Part shown: positions 27,836 through 28,126 of the stretch, piece by piece
How positions within the stretch are numbered: the first letter of the stretch is position 1
Layout of the letters: each line of letters begins with the position of its first letter
Source: Candidatus Fraserbacteria bacterium
Lineage (GTDB): Bacteria; Bipolaricaulota; Bipolaricaulia; RBG-16-55-9; DRXL01
Assembly (NCBI GenBank): GCA_947085185.1
Contig: CAMTVK010000020.1
Span: 1 to 28,126, forward strand
Length of the DNA stretch: 28,126 nucleotides
Direction of reading: 5' to 3'
Notes under the pieces: generated by a model
What the model saw: the letters and a program-made list of their open reading frames with translations, nothing else
What the model was told of the DNA's origin: nothing
The model's database searches: none
Program-made: the position numbers and the translations under genes

Positions 27836-28126
27836 TTATACCCGTGCCGGAGCTCGAAGGTTTTCAAAGATCTCGATCAGCCTTGTCACGGAGTGCTGAA
27901 TGCTCATCTCATGGGCCTTGCGCCTGGCCCCCCTCTGGAGCTGAGCACGCCGGTGTGGGTCGCGCAGCAGCTCTCTCACGGTGTGGGCGAAGACTTCTGC
28001 GTCTTCGGGGACGAGCACGCCCGTCTCGCCATCAAAGATAATATCAGTAACTCCCATAGCACGCACGGCGACCGCCGGCAGACCCGCTGCCATCGCTTCC
28101 ATCAAGACCAGTCCCAACGTTTCGGA
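27836..28126 (-). CDS. Glycosyltransferase family 4 (GT-B), C-terminal part, truncated by the window edge
   Basis: SETLGLVLMEAMAAGLPAV (E-x7-E motif) and DGETGVLV. Confidence 0.9.
   Translation of the reverse strand, partial: SETLGLVLMEAMAAGLPAVAVRAMGVTDIIFDGETGVLVPEDAEVFAHTVRELLRDPHRRAQLQRGARRKAHEMSIQHSVTRLIEIFENLRAPARV

Overview
Bacterial chromosomal segment, mostly housekeeping and about 60% GC by spot counts. In order: PLD-family nuclease, membrane-tailed Cu/Zn SOD, P5C dehydrogenase, SpoIVB-type S55 peptidase, sucC, two tatA-type genes (one absent from the ORF track), coaX, LipM/LplA-type ligase, gyrB, a complete V/A-type ATP synthase operon, a NYN-domain protein with accD-accA, a Crp/Fnr regulator, an NHL beta-propeller and a partial GT4 glycosyltransferase. 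Three things stand out. (1) A low-GC two-gene cassette (8456-9943): a lipoprotein whose C-terminus, after correcting one +1 frameshift near 9352-9355, becomes a near-symmetric 10-cysteine hydrophobic domain reminiscent of halocin C8-type precursors. It is coupled by an ATGA overlap to a small membrane protein (candidate immunity gene) and has an A10 tract in its promoter spacer. (2) A REP-associated tyrosine transposase coupled between ATPase subunits F and A, with two perfect 28-bp GTAG palindromes in the operon. (3) Trans- and cis-prenyltransferase genes, with their own promoter, inserted between subunits B and D. All calls come from motif recognition by eye; no database searches were run.
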